A DNA stretch of 64,000 nucleotides, taken from Escherichia phage wV7. This document shows, in pieces, positions 7,499 through 19,219 of the stretch. Each line of letters begins with the position of its first letter. Position 1 is the stretch's first letter. The notes under the pieces were generated by a model. That model was not told the origin of the DNA. It worked only from the letters and a program-made list of their open reading frames with translations, and ran no database searches. The translations under genes and the position numbers were made by a program. The stretch lies in sequence record NC_019505.1, one strand, 5' to 3'.

Positions 7499-7529
7499 TT
7501 TATTTTCCTAAATTAATAAATGTGTTGAT

Positions 7530-8272
<743 letters not shown>

Positions 8273-8273
<1 letters not shown>

Positions 8274-8998
8274 TATAGTACCTTTAGTGTATTTTTAATT
8301 TTAGAAAAAAGTTCTTCAAGAGAACCATCGTTTGTAATTACTAAATCACCATCACGAATTGGCAATCCAGCTTCTGTAATATGTGTATCATTGGATTTTT
8401 GACCAGGACGAACTACATGAATTACTGTAGCACCCATCGCCCTAGCCGCATCCATTTCATGATCTTGACGAGTATCAGGAACGATATAATAATCATAACC
8501 TGAGTTAAATTTATCAAGATAATCTAAAGCAAATAATTTTACCCAGTACATGCGGTCGAAGTTATTAACAATCAAATCCGTACCTAGGGCTTGCATCAGA
8601 CGACGGACTGACCATTGATCTTCAATATTATTTATAACGTCAATAATCTTGTTAAATGCTACGGAATTAACTGATTCTTTTCCTTCGTCATCAAAAACAA
8701 ACACACCTTTAATTGGGCTTTTACCATTAAGATAGCAAAATGCTTGTTCCATAATTGTGATTACTTCTAATTTAGTCAGATTTAAATTAGTCTCACGATC
8801 ATAGTCAATTCCTTCAAACTCTTTACGAGTTAAGCAAGGATAGTCAGTGTTTGCTGCAAATACTCCCCATGCATAAGCCAATGCATCCTTAATAGGACCA
8901 GCAAGTTGGTATTTAACTGCAGAATAATTGCTCATGATAAAATCAGCAGTAGTATCTTTTCCACTACGCTTTACACCGCTTAAAAAGATTAGTTTCAT
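8273..8998 (-). CDS. 1: deoxynucleoside monophosphate kinase (gp1)
   Basis: ATG at 8996-8998 gives 241 aa MKLIFLSGVKRSGKDT... with Walker-A-like GVKRSGKDT; track start upstream is TTG. Confidence 0.9.
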
Positions 8999-9047
8999 GT
9001 GTTTCTCCTCAAATTTAATTAAGATTATAACACACAAAACTGAAGCA

Positions 9048-9578
9048 TTAAACTTCTGCTATAATTTTTCCATCTTTTTCTACTTGAAAATAGGTGTAAG
9101 GAATCGTTGCAGTACATACTAACGCCGGGTCTGAATCTTCTGTGTAGCTAAATTCTACTTCAGATAGGTCAGAAACCCAAGGCTTATAAAAATTTATTGA
9201 CATCACGATTTCAGTTTTGCTATTATCTAAGATGTAAAGCGTAATGTACTCAGGACCTGTTTTTTGGGCAGTATTTTCACCTGTAAGATAGTTGCTAGTT
9301 CCTAGCATCCATTCATACATTCCTATCCACGACTTAAGTTCTTCATCAACTATAAATCTCACAATGAGTGGATCATACTCAAATGTAACACCTGGACGTT
9401 GTGCTCGGCCCAGTCCAAACGGCCCAGTCACGGTATCAGTAACAGGTATTCTAATTCCTGGAATAGGAACTGACTGAGCATTTAAAGTAAAAGCAGATGT
9501 AGTATTACTATGTGGTATTGATACTACAAAGTTAGTTGTATTTGCTTGGTTAAAAATTTGTTGCAGAGCTTGCGACAT
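9048..9578 (-). CDS. 3: gp3 tail completion / sheath stabiliser protein
   Basis: ATG at 9576-9578 gives 176 aa (T4 gp3 length); track start is TTG; position between genes 1 and 2. Confidence 0.8.
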   Translation of the reverse strand: MSQALQQIFNQANTTNFVVSIPHSNTTSAFTLNAQSVPIPGIRIPVTDTVTGPFGLGRAQRPGVTFEYDPLIVRFIVDEELKSWIGMYEWMLGTSNYLTGENTAQKTGPEYITLYILDNSKTEIVMSINFYKPWVSDLSEVEFSYTEDSDPALVCTATIPYTYFQVEKDGKIIAEV

Positions 9579-9684
9579 ATATTCCTCATAATGCTTTATA
9601 ACTGTTGGTGGTATAATGGGTCTAAGTCCCTTCCATTCAATTCCATTTAGAACAAACAATAGAAAAGAATGGAAGATAATAGAA

Positions 9685-10509
9685 TTAGATATTTGACCAG
9701 ACTTTGTTTGCAGAGAAACGTTTTCCTTTTGAAACGAACTGCTGAAGTGGCATCAACACAACGTTCGCCCAGTCTTTCGGGGCGATTTCAACAAGGCTAC
9801 CCATAATATTACCGGGTATATATGCCTTAATCATTTGGTCTGCACCCCTAAATCCTTTCACTTGACTCCAATCAATTTTTAATTTCGTTTTATTAGTAAT
9901 AGTAGGTGTATTTGAGTATTGCTTTAAAAGCTCTTCTAGAAATTGCTGACGAGCTTTAGGTGGAATATAGTGCAAGTTCAATCCGTACATTAAATTATGC
10001 TTACCTAAACCAAGGTAAATTATTAAAGGAAATTTATCCCAGTAAGGAAGAGTTTCCTTGTGTTTAGCATCATAAGCAAAAGCATATATTCGTCCCGGCT
10101 GCGGGCGAACAACTTTATGTCCTTTTACTTGCTTAATAGTTTCGGCAAACCATTTTCTGGTTTTATTATTAATTGCTGCACCTTCATTACGAATTTTATC
10201 GCGCAATGTTTGTCTGAATGAATTTATCATAAGCAGTTGTCTTTCTTGCTTATTGAGCTTATTCATTGGTTTTGATTCAAGCTTTTGAATCTTTTCAGCC
10301 GTTTTAATTCCCGAAGCATATTTTGACATTGCCGAAGTAAACGTAGAGTATTTGATTCCTCTTTCTTCAGCAAATTGCTTTCCTGTCATTCCTTTTGCTT
10401 TGGCCTTTTTATATTCAAGACCTATTTGAATCCATTTCTTTTCGTTTAATGATTGCTTAACCTTTGGAACTTGGGGAGTGCTTTCATTAATTATTTGAAA
10501 AATAGCCAT
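9685..10509 (-). CDS. 2: gp2 DNA end protector protein
   Basis: 274 aa, ATG start, position between genes 3 and 4. Confidence 0.85.
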   Translation of the reverse strand: MAIFQIINESTPQVPKVKQSLNEKKWIQIGLEYKKAKAKGMTGKQFAEERGIKYSTFTSAMSKYASGIKTAEKIQKLESKPMNKLNKQERQLLMINSFRQTLRDKIRNEGAAINNKTRKWFAETIKQVKGHKVVRPQPGRIYAFAYDAKHKETLPYWDKFPLIIYLGLGKHNLMYGLNLHYIPPKARQQFLEELLKQYSNTPTITNKTKLKIDWSQVKGFRGADQMIKAYIPGNIMGSLVEIAPKDWANVVLMPLQQFVSKGKRFSANKVWSNI

Positions 10510-10961
10510 TATGCCCCCTTAAAGCCAAGAGCTCGTAATCCATCTTCTGTTAGAATTCTAAATTTTATTCCACGCTTTTCAGCTAAAGACTGTGCTGCTT
10601 TCCATTTATCAGTGTTCACAGACCAGGTATAAATTTCATTCATAAATCTTTTCTTCGCTGCGGTTGTTAGATGTGCTGGTTTAACTGGTGGTTGTGTTTC
10701 TTTTTTAGGCTTTATTTCAATAAAAAATTCTTGTCCAGAAGAATCTTTCATCCAAATATCCATGAAGTATCTACGTTTTTTCCCTTCGGCATTACAAAAA
10801 TAAGGAATTACTGCTGTTTCACTACCCCATGCAATAATTTCTGGATTTTTATCTAACCATTCAAAAAAGAATTTTTCCCAATTTGATCTATACGTAATTT
10901 TTTTAGGGTCACCTCTATATTTTGATATATTTTTAGGAACCCATTTTCCAGAATATGCCAT
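10509..10961 (-). CDS. 4: gp4 head completion protein
   Basis: 150 aa, ATG start overlapping the gene 2 start region; divergent from gene 53. Confidence 0.85.
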   Translation of the reverse strand: MAYSGKWVPKNISKYRGDPKKITYRSNWEKFFFEWLDKNPEIIAWGSETAVIPYFCNAEGKKRRYFMDIWMKDSSGQEFFIEIKPKKETQPPVKPAHLTTAAKKRFMNEIYTWSVNTDKWKAAQSLAEKRGIKFRILTEDGLRALGFKGA

Positions 10962-10972
10962 TGGATTCTCCT

Positions 10973-10995
10973 TATAAATAGATAATATATTTATA
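10973..10995. promoter_or_regulatory. divergent late promoters (TATAAATA on plus at 10973-10980 for gene 53; on minus at 10988-10995 for gene 4)
   Basis: Exact TATAAATA on each strand within the 47 bp divergent intergenic region. Confidence 0.5.
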
Positions 10996-11008
10996 AACAG
11001 GAGGGCCC

Positions 11009-11599
11009 ATGCTCTTTACATTTTTTGATCCGATTGAATATGCGGCCAAAACGGTGAATAAAAACGCGCCGACTATTCCTATGACAGATATTTTTAGAAA
11101 CTATAAAGACTATTTTAAACGCGCTCTTGCGGGATACCGCTTACGTACTTATTATATCAAAGGTTCACCCCGCCCAGAAGAATTAGCAAATACTATATAT
11201 GGAAATCCGCAGTTGTATTGGGTTTTATTGATGTGTAATGATAACTATGATCCGTATTATGGATGGATTACTTCACAAGAAGCTGCTTATCAAGCATCTA
11301 TACAAAAATACAAAAACGTAGGTGGAGACCAAATAGTATATCATGTGAATGAGAACGGTGAAAAATTTTACAATTTAATATCATACGATGATAATCCATA
11401 TGTTTGGTATGATAAAGGCGATAAAGCTAAAAAATATCCTCAATATGAAGGAGCGCTTGCTGCTGTTAATACGTATGAAGCTGCTGTTCTTGAAAATGAA
11501 AAACTTCGTCAAATAAAAATAATAGCAAAATCAGACATCAATTCATTTATGAACGACCTTATACGTATAATGGAGAAATCTTATGGAAATGATAAGTAA
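11009..11599 (+). CDS. 53: gp53 baseplate wedge protein
   Basis: 196 aa, ATG with GGAGGG upstream, immediately before gene 5. Confidence 0.9.
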   Translation: MLFTFFDPIEYAAKTVNKNAPTIPMTDIFRNYKDYFKRALAGYRLRTYYIKGSPRPEELANTIYGNPQLYWVLLMCNDNYDPYYGWITSQEAAYQASIQKYKNVGGDQIVYHVNENGEKFYNLISYDDNPYVWYDKGDKAKKYPQYEGALAAVNTYEAAVLENEKLRQIKIIAKSDINSFMNDLIRIMEKSYGNDK

Positions 11600-13310
11600 T
11601 AACCTCAATTGGTTTGTTGGTGTTGTTGAAGATAGAATGGACCCATTGAAATTAGGTCGTGTTCGTGTTCGTGTTGTTGGTCTGCATCCACCTCAAAGAG
11701 CACAAGGTGATGTAATGGGTATTCCAACTGAAAAATTACCATGGATGTCAGTTATTCAACCTATAACTTCTGCAGCAATGTCTGGAATTGGAGGCTCCGT
11801 TACTGGACCGGTAGAAGGAACTAGAGTTTATGGTCATTTTTTAGACAAATGGAAAACCAACGGAATTGTTCTTGGCACATATGGTGGAATAGTTCGCGAA
11901 AAACCTAATAGACTTGAAGGATTTTCTGACCCAACTGGGCAATATCCTAGACGTTTAGGAAATGATACTAACGTACTAAACCAAGGCGGAGAAGTAGGAT
12001 ATGATTCGTCTTCTAACGTTATTCAAGATAGTAACTTAGACACTGCAATAAATCCTGATGATAGACCACTATCAGAGATTCCAACCGATGATAATCCAAA
12101 TATGTCAATGGCTGAAATGCTTCGCCGTGATGAAGGATTAAGACTAAAAGTTTATTGGGATACCGAAGGATATCCGACAATTGGTATTGGTCATCTTATC
12201 ATGAAGCAGCCAGTTCGTGATATGGCTCAAATTAATAAAGTTTTATCAAAACAAGTTGGTCGTGAAATTACTGGAAACCCAGGTTCTATTACAATGGAAG
12301 AGGCGACAGCTTTATTTGAGCGTGATTTGGCTGATATGCAACGTGACATTAAATCACATTCTAAAGTAGGACCAGTCTGGCAAGCTGTCAACCGTTCTCG
12401 TCAAATGGCGTTAGAAAATATGGCATTTCAGATGGGTGTTGGCGGTGTAGCTAAATTTAACACAATGTTAACTGCTATGTTAGCAGGAGATTGGGAAAAA
12501 GCATATAAAGCTGGTCGTGATTCGTTGTGGTATCAACAAACAAAAGGCCGTGCATCCCGTGTTACCATGATTATTCTTACCGGAAATTTGGAATCATATG
12601 GTATTGAAGTTAAAACACCAGCTAGGTCTTTGTCGGCAATGGCTGCTACTGTGGCGAAGTCTTCTGATCCAGCTGACCCTCCTATTCCAAATGACTCAAG
12701 AATTTTATTCAAAGAACCAGTTTCTTCATATAAAGGCGAATATCCGTATGTTCACACAATGGAAACTGAAAGCGGTCATATTCAGGAATTTGATGATACC
12801 CCTGGGCAAGAACGATATAGATTAGTTCATCCAACTGGAACTTATGAAGAAGTATCACCGTCAGGAAGAAGAACAAGAAAAACTGTCGATAATTTGTATG
12901 ATATAACCAACGCTGATGGTAATTTTTTGGTAGCCGGCGATAAAAAGACTAACGTCGGTGGATCAGAAATTTATTACAACATGGATAATCGTCTTCACCA
13001 AATAGATGGAAGCAATACAATATTTGTACGTGGCGATGAAACTAAGACGGTTGAAGGTAATGGAACTATCCTAGTTAAAGGTAATGTTACTATTGTAGTT
13101 GAAGGTAATGCTGACATTACAGTTAAAGGAGATGCTACCACTTTAGTTGAAGGAAATCAGACTAATACAGTAAATGGAAATCTTTCTTGGAAAGTTGCTG
13201 GGACAGTTGATTGGGACGTTGGTGGTGATTGGACAGAAAAAATGGCATCTATGAGTTCTATTTCATCTGGTCAATACACAATTGATGGATCGAGGATTGA
13301 CATTGGCTAA
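11583..13310 (+). CDS. 5: gp5 baseplate hub / cell-puncturing spike with tail lysozyme domain
   Basis: 575 aa; N-terminal OB-fold region, central T4-lysozyme-like domain, C-terminal VxGxxxxx beta-helix repeats (VEGNGTILVKGNVTIVVEGNADITVKGD). Confidence 0.95.
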   Translation: MEMISNNLNWFVGVVEDRMDPLKLGRVRVRVVGLHPPQRAQGDVMGIPTEKLPWMSVIQPITSAAMSGIGGSVTGPVEGTRVYGHFLDKWKTNGIVLGTYGGIVREKPNRLEGFSDPTGQYPRRLGNDTNVLNQGGEVGYDSSSNVIQDSNLDTAINPDDRPLSEIPTDDNPNMSMAEMLRRDEGLRLKVYWDTEGYPTIGIGHLIMKQPVRDMAQINKVLSKQVGREITGNPGSITMEEATALFERDLADMQRDIKSHSKVGPVWQAVNRSRQMALENMAFQMGVGGVAKFNTMLTAMLAGDWEKAYKAGRDSLWYQQTKGRASRVTMIILTGNLESYGIEVKTPARSLSAMAATVAKSSDPADPPIPNDSRILFKEPVSSYKGEYPYVHTMETESGHIQEFDDTPGQERYRLVHPTGTYEEVSPSGRRTRKTVDNLYDITNADGNFLVAGDKKTNVGGSEIYYNMDNRLHQIDGSNTIFVRGDETKTVEGNGTILVKGNVTIVVEGNADITVKGDATTLVEGNQTNTVNGNLSWKVAGTVDWDVGGDWTEKMASMSSISSGQYTIDGSRIDIG

Positions 13311-13344
13311 TATACTTCCAATGAGCGCTGATTTAGGAGAATCC

Positions 13345-13839
13345 ATGGAAGGTTCTTCTATCGACGTCACCTTTACCGCTCAATTAGAAACAGGTGAAAC
13401 GTTAGTATCTATAAATATAACTAGTTACGAAGAAACTCCTGGGGTTTTAGTAGAAGAAAATCGCTTATACGGAACATATGAATCTGTATTTGGTTTTGGA
13501 AATGACGCGTTGAAATATCGTTTAGGCGATGAATTTAAAACTGCTGCTTCATGGGAAGAACTTCCAACTGATTCTAATACTCAGTTGTATTTGTGGAAAG
13601 CTCCCCAAAACCTCCAGAAGACATTCACTTACGAAGTAACATTAATATATGACTATCAAGAACAAAGTGAATCTGGAGGTTCTGGCAGTAATTCTAGGTC
13701 ATCTTCTGATACTACTGAACCGACAGATCCTCCTGCTCCAGTAAGAAAAACTCTCGTTAAAAATTATACTAAAACTATAGTTGGAAATTGGAGTCGTTGG
13801 GCTAATAAATTGAGAAGCTATGTGTATGAGAGGCCATAA
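13345..13839 (+). CDS. 5.1: gp5.1-like hypothetical protein
   Basis: ORF between genes 5 and 5.4; track start is TTG; ATG at 13345 has AGGAG 5 nt upstream, but in-frame ATGs at 13285 and 13321 are possible. Confidence 0.5.
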
Positions 13840-14133
13840 ATGTCAGGATTAAGTTATGATAAGTGTGTTACTGCTGGCCATGAAGCGTGGCCTCCAACAG
13901 TTGTGAATGCTACACAAAGCAAAGTATTCACTGGAGGAATTGCTGTTCTAGTAGCAGGCGATCCAATTACAGAACATACAGAAATTAAAAAGCCATATGA
14001 AACACATGGCGGAGTGACACAACCTAGAACTTCTAAGGTATATGTCACTGGAAAGAAAGCTGTTCAAATGGCTGATCCAATATCATGCGGTGATACTGTG
14101 GCTCAGGCATCATCTAAAGTATTCATTAAATAG
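13840..14133 (+). CDS. 5.4: gp5.4 PAAR-repeat spike-tip protein
   Basis: 97 aa; sits directly after gene 5; sequence features ([24 protein letters not shown]) typical of PAAR proteins. Confidence 0.85.
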
Positions 14134-14141
14134 GATTTAAA

Positions 14142-16124
14142 ATGGCAAATACCCCTGTAAATTATCAATTAACAAGAACAGCAAATGCTATTCCCGAGAT
14201 ATTCGTCGGGGGTACGTTTGCTGAAATAAAACAAAACCTCATTGAATGGCTTAATGGCCAAAATGAATTTTTGGATTATGATTTTGAAGGCTCAAGATTA
14301 AACGTTCTGTGTGACCTTTTGGCTTATAATACGCTGTACATTCAGCAGTTTGGTAATGCTGCTGTGTATGAAAGCTTTATGCGTACTGCTAACTTACGAA
14401 GTTCAGTTGTTCAAGCTGCACAAGATAACGGATATTTACCTACTTCAAAATCCGCTGCGCAGACCGAAATTATGTTAACATGCACTGACGCATTGAATAG
14501 GAATTACATCACAATTCCTCGCGGAACTCGCTTTTTAGCATATGCAAAAGATACTTCTGTTAATCCATATAACTTCGTTTCTACCGAAGACGTTATTGCT
14601 ATTCGTGATAAAAATAACCAATATTTTCCACGTTTAAAATTGGCCCAGGGACGTATAGTAAGAACTGAAATCATTTATGATAAATTAACACCTATTATCA
14701 TTTATGATAAAAATATTGATAGAAACCAAGTTAAGCTGTATGTTGATGGAGCAGAATGGATTAACTGGACAAGAAAGTCAATGGTCCATGCTGGTTCTAC
14801 ATCAACAATTTACTACATGCGTGAAACTATTGATGGAAATACTGAATTTTATTTTGGTGAAGGTGAGATTTCCGTTAATGCGGCAGAAGGAGCATTGACC
14901 GCTAATTATATTGGAGGTCTTAAACCTACCCAGAACTCTACAATTGTTATTGAGTACATCAGTACTAACGGTGCAGATGCGAACGGCGCAGTCGGATTTT
15001 CGTATGCAGATACATTAACAAATATAACTGTCATCAATATTAATGAAAATCCAAACGACGACCCAGATTTTGTCGGAGCAGATGGCGGCGGTGATCCAGA
15101 AGATATTGAGCGTATTCGCGAATTAGGTACTATTAAACGCGAAACCCAGCAACGCTGCGTAACCGCAACTGATTATGATACATTTGTCTCAGAAAGATTT
15201 GGTTCTATTATTCAAGCTGTTCAGACTTTCACTGATTCTACTAAACCTGGGTATGCATTTATTGCTGCTAAACCTAAATCAGGATTGTATTTAACTACTG
15301 TACAGCGTGAAGATATTAAAAATTATCTCAAAGATTATAATTTAGCGCCTATTACACCGTCAATTATTTCTCCTAATTATCTTTTTATTAAGACTAATTT
15401 AAAAGTCACATATGCTTTAAATAAACTACAAGAATCCGAACAGTGGCTTGAAGGTCAAATAATTGATAAAATTGATCGTTATTATACAGAAGATGTAGAA
15501 ATTTTTAACTCATCTTTTGCCAAGTCTAAGATGTTAACTTACGTAGATGATGCAGATCATTCTATCATTGGTTCATCAGCGACAATTCAAATTGTTCGTG
15601 AAGTACAAAACTTCTATAAAACGCCTGAAGCAGGTATTAAATACAATAATCAAATAAAAGATCGTTCTATGGAATCTAATACGTTTTCATTTAATTCTGG
15701 ACGAAAGGTTGTAAATCCTGATACTGGTTTAGAAGAAGATGTATTATATGACGTTCGTATAGTATCAACAGACCGAGATTCTAAAGGAATTGGTAAAGTT
15801 ATTATTGGTCCATTTGCTTCTGGCGATGTTACAGAAAATGAAAACATTCAGCCGTATACAGGCAACGATTTTAACAAATTAGCAAATTCTGATGGACGCG
15901 ACAAATACTATGTTATCGGTGAAATAAACTATCCAGCCGATACAATTTATTGGAATATCGCTAAAATTAATTTAACATCTGAAAAATTTGAAGTCCAGAC
16001 TATTGAATTATATTCTGACCCGACCGATGATGTTATCTTTACTCGCGATGGTTCACTGATTGTATTTGAAAATGACTTACGTCCACAATACTTAACTATC
16101 GATTTGGAGCCTATATCACAATGA
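14142..16124 (+). CDS. 6: gp6 baseplate wedge protein
   Basis: 660 aa, same length and position as T4 gp6. Confidence 0.9.
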   Translation: MANTPVNYQLTRTANAIPEIFVGGTFAEIKQNLIEWLNGQNEFLDYDFEGSRLNVLCDLLAYNTLYIQQFGNAAVYESFMRTANLRSSVVQAAQDNGYLPTSKSAAQTEIMLTCTDALNRNYITIPRGTRFLAYAKDTSVNPYNFVSTEDVIAIRDKNNQYFPRLKLAQGRIVRTEIIYDKLTPIIIYDKNIDRNQVKLYVDGAEWINWTRKSMVHAGSTSTIYYMRETIDGNTEFYFGEGEISVNAAEGALTANYIGGLKPTQNSTIVIEYISTNGADANGAVGFSYADTLTNITVININENPNDDPDFVGADGGGDPEDIERIRELGTIKRETQQRCVTATDYDTFVSERFGSIIQAVQTFTDSTKPGYAFIAAKPKSGLYLTTVQREDIKNYLKDYNLAPITPSIISPNYLFIKTNLKVTYALNKLQESEQWLEGQIIDKIDRYYTEDVEIFNSSFAKSKMLTYVDDADHSIIGSSATIQIVREVQNFYKTPEAGIKYNNQIKDRSMESNTFSFNSGRKVVNPDTGLEEDVLYDVRIVSTDRDSKGIGKVIIGPFASGDVTENENIQPYTGNDFNKLANSDGRDKYYVIGEINYPADTIYWNIAKINLTSEKFEVQTIELYSDPTDDVIFTRDGSLIVFENDLRPQYLTIDLEPISQ

Positions 16125-19100
16125 CAGTAAAAGCACCTTCAGTCACTAGTCTCAGAATTTCCAAGTTATCCGCAAATCAGGTGCAAGTACGCTGGGATGA
16201 CGTTGGTGCTAATTTCTACTACTTTGTAGAAATCGCTGAGACAAAATCAAACTCGGGAGATTTTCTCCCGAGTAATCAATATCGTTGGATTAATTTAGGA
16301 TATACAGCAAATAATAGTTTCTTTTTTGATGATGCTGATCCATTGACATCATACATTATCAGAGTAGCTACAGCTGCGCAAGATTTTGAGCAGTCTGATT
16401 GGATTTATACAGAAGAGTTTGAAACTTTTGCTACGAATGCTTACACATTTCAAAATATGATTGAAATGCAATTAGCTAATAAATTCATTCAGGAAAAGTT
16501 CACTCTTAATAATTCTAATTATGTCAATTTCAATAATGACACAATAATGGCTGCGTTAATGAATGAATCATTTCAGTTCAGCCCATCGTATGCTGATGTC
16601 TCATCAATCAGTAATTTTATTATTGGTGAAAACGAGTATCATGAAATACAAGGTTCTATTCAGCAAGTATGTAAGGATATTAACCGAGTTTATTTGATGG
16701 AATCAGAAGGGATTCTATATCTTTTTGAGCGCTATCAACCCGTAGTTAAAGTATCAAATGATAAAGGACAAACTTGGAAAGCTGTAAAGCTCTTCAATGA
16801 CCGTGTAGGATATCCTTTATCTAAGACTGTATATTACCAATCTGCAAACACAACATACGTTCTAGGATACGATAAGATTTTCTATGGCCGTAAATCGACT
16901 GACGTTAGATGGTCAGCAGATGATGTCAGATTCAGTTCACAGGATATAACATTTGCTAAATTAGGAGACCGGTTACATTTAGGATTTGATGTAGAAATTT
17001 TTGCCACTTACGCGACTTTGCCAGCGAATGTATACCGCATTGCAGAAGCTATTACTTGCACCGATGATTACATTTACGTTGTCGCCAGAGACAAAGTTAG
17101 ATACATAAAAACGAGTAATGCACCTATAGATTCTGATCCATTATCTCCAACATATTCGGAAAGACTTTTTGAACCTGATACTATGACTATAACCGGAAAT
17201 CCTAAAGCAGTATGCTATAAAATGGATTCTGTTGGTGATAAAGTTTTTGCTCTTATTATTGGTGAAGTTGAAACATTAAATGCTAATCCTAGAACTTCAA
17301 AAATAATTGATTCTGCTGATAAAGGAATATATGTTTTAAACCATGCCACGAAAACATGGAAAAGAGTTTTCGGTAATACCGAAGAAGAAAGAAGACGTAT
17401 TCAACCTGGATACGCAAACATGTCAACTGATGGTAAATTAGTTTCTCTGTCTTCGAGTAATTTTAAATTTTTAAGTGATAACGTTGTTAATGACCCTGAA
17501 ACTGCAGCAAAATATCAGTTAATTGGCGCTGTTAAATATGAATTTCCTCGCGAATGGTTAGCTGATAAACATTATCATATGATGGCGTTTATAGCGGATG
17601 AAAAATCTGATTGGGAGACTTTTACTCCTCAACCGATGAAATACTACGCAGAACCGTTCTTTAATTGGTCTAAAAAATCTAACACTCGTTGTTGGATAAA
17701 CAACTCTGATAAAGCTGTTGTAGTTTATGCAGATTTGAAATACACCAAAGTTATTGAAAATATTCCAGAAACGTCACCAGATAGATTAGTGCATGAATAC
17801 TGGGATGATGGCGATTGCACTATAGTAATGCCAAATGTTAAATTCACCGGATTTAAAAAATACGCATCAGGAATGCTTTTCTACAAATCTTCTGGCGAAA
17901 TAATTTCTTATTATGATTTTAACTATCGTGTGAGAGATACAGTAGAAATTATTTGGAAGCCAACTGAAGTATTTTTAAAAGCATTTTTACAAAACCAAGA
18001 GCGCGAAACTCCTTGGTCACCAGAAGAAGAACGTGGATTAGCTGACCCTGATTTAAGACCATTAATTGGCACAATGATGCCTGATTCTTACTTGTTACAA
18101 GATTCTAATTTTGAGGCATTTTGTGAAGCATATATTCAATATCTTTCTGACGGATATGGAACTCAGTATAACAATTTACGAAATTTAATTCGTAACCAAT
18201 ATCCGCGAGAAGAGCATGCGTGGGAATATTTATGGTCAGAAATATATAAAAGAAACATTTATTTAAATGCTGACAAACGCGATGCTGTTGCAAGATTTTT
18301 TGAATCACGTAGCTATGATTTTTATTCTACTAAAGGAATCGAAGCATCATATAAATTTCTTTTTAAAGTTCTTTATAATGAAGAAGTCGAAATTGAAATT
18401 GAATCGGGAGCAGGTACTGAATATGATGTAATCATTCAATCTGATTCTCTTACAGAAGATTTAGTAGGACAAACGATTTATACAGCTACAGGAAGATGTA
18501 ATGTTACTTATATAGAAAGAAGCTATTCTAATGGTAAATTGCAATGGACCGTGACTATACATAATCTTTTGGGGCGTTTAATAGCAGGGCAAGAAGTTAA
18601 AGCAGAAAGACTTCCAGGTTTTGAAGGCGAAATTATTCGTGGGGTTAAAGGAAAGGATTTGCTTCAAAATAATATAGACTATATTAATAGAAGTCGATCA
18701 TATTATGTAATGAAAATTAAATCCAATTTACCTTCTTCTCGTTGGAAATCTGACGTTATTCGTTTTGTTCATCCAGTAGGATTTGGATTTATAGCAATTA
18801 CACTTTTAACGATGTTTATTAATGTTGGTTTAACTCTTAAACACACAGAGACTATAATTAATAAATACAAAAACTATAAATGGGATTCTGGATTGCCTAC
18901 TGAATATGCTGATAGAGTAGCTAAATTGACTCCAACTGGTGAAATTGAGCATGATTCGGTAACAGGCGAAGCAATTTATGAGCCTGGCCCAATGGCTGGT
19001 GTAGAATATCCTCTTCCTGATGACTATAATGCTGAAAATAACAATTCAATATTTCAAGGTCAATTGCCGTCTGAACGACGTAAATTAATGAGTCCTTTAT

Positions 19101-19219
19101 TTGATGCATCTGGAACAACATTTGCGCAATTTAGAGATTTAGTTAATAAACGTCTAAAAGACAATATAGGAAATCCAAGAGACCCTGAAAATCCAACACA
19201 GGTTAAAATAGATGAATGA
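16121..19219 (+). CDS. 7: gp7 baseplate wedge protein
   Basis: 1032 aa, ATGA overlap with gene 6, T4 order. Confidence 0.9.
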   Translation: MTVKAPSVTSLRISKLSANQVQVRWDDVGANFYYFVEIAETKSNSGDFLPSNQYRWINLGYTANNSFFFDDADPLTSYIIRVATAAQDFEQSDWIYTEEFETFATNAYTFQNMIEMQLANKFIQEKFTLNNSNYVNFNNDTIMAALMNESFQFSPSYADVSSISNFIIGENEYHEIQGSIQQVCKDINRVYLMESEGILYLFERYQPVVKVSNDKGQTWKAVKLFNDRVGYPLSKTVYYQSANTTYVLGYDKIFYGRKSTDVRWSADDVRFSSQDITFAKLGDRLHLGFDVEIFATYATLPANVYRIAEAITCTDDYIYVVARDKVRYIKTSNAPIDSDPLSPTYSERLFEPDTMTITGNPKAVCYKMDSVGDKVFALIIGEVETLNANPRTSKIIDSADKGIYVLNHATKTWKRVFGNTEEERRRIQPGYANMSTDGKLVSLSSSNFKFLSDNVVNDPETAAKYQLIGAVKYEFPREWLADKHYHMMAFIADEKSDWETFTPQPMKYYAEPFFNWSKKSNTRCWINNSDKAVVVYADLKYTKVIENIPETSPDRLVHEYWDDGDCTIVMPNVKFTGFKKYASGMLFYKSSGEIISYYDFNYRVRDTVEIIWKPTEVFLKAFLQNQERETPWSPEEERGLADPDLRPLIGTMMPDSYLLQDSNFEAFCEAYIQYLSDGYGTQYNNLRNLIRNQYPREEHAWEYLWSEIYKRNIYLNADKRDAVARFFESRSYDFYSTKGIEASYKFLFKVLYNEEVEIEIESGAGTEYDVIIQSDSLTEDLVGQTIYTATGRCNVTYIERSYSNGKLQWTVTIHNLLGRLIAGQEVKAERLPGFEGEIIRGVKGKDLLQNNIDYINRSRSYYVMKIKSNLPSSRWKSDVIRFVHPVGFGFIAITLLTMFINVGLTLKHTETIINKYKNYKWDSGLPTEYADRVAKLTPTGEIEHDSVTGEAIYEPGPMAGVEYPLPDDYNAENNNSIFQGQLPSERRKLMSPLFDASGTTFAQFRDLVNKRLKDNIGNPRDPENPTQVKIDE

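Noticed and set aside
8998-9037. Longer track versions of genes 1, 3 (to 9659), 11 (from 22933), 20 (from 34226), uvsW.1 (from 46206) and others
   Set aside because: The first codon in each is TTG or GTG shown as M; an internal ATG with a Shine-Dalgarno reproduces the known T4 protein length
8928-9122. Plus-strand 64 aa ORF spanning the gene 1 / gene 3 junction, and similar short antisense ORFs inside genes 5, 6, 7, 12, 17, 20, 22, 23
   Set aside because: All are shorter than and embedded in well-supported genes on the opposite strand or another frame, with no SD or promoter
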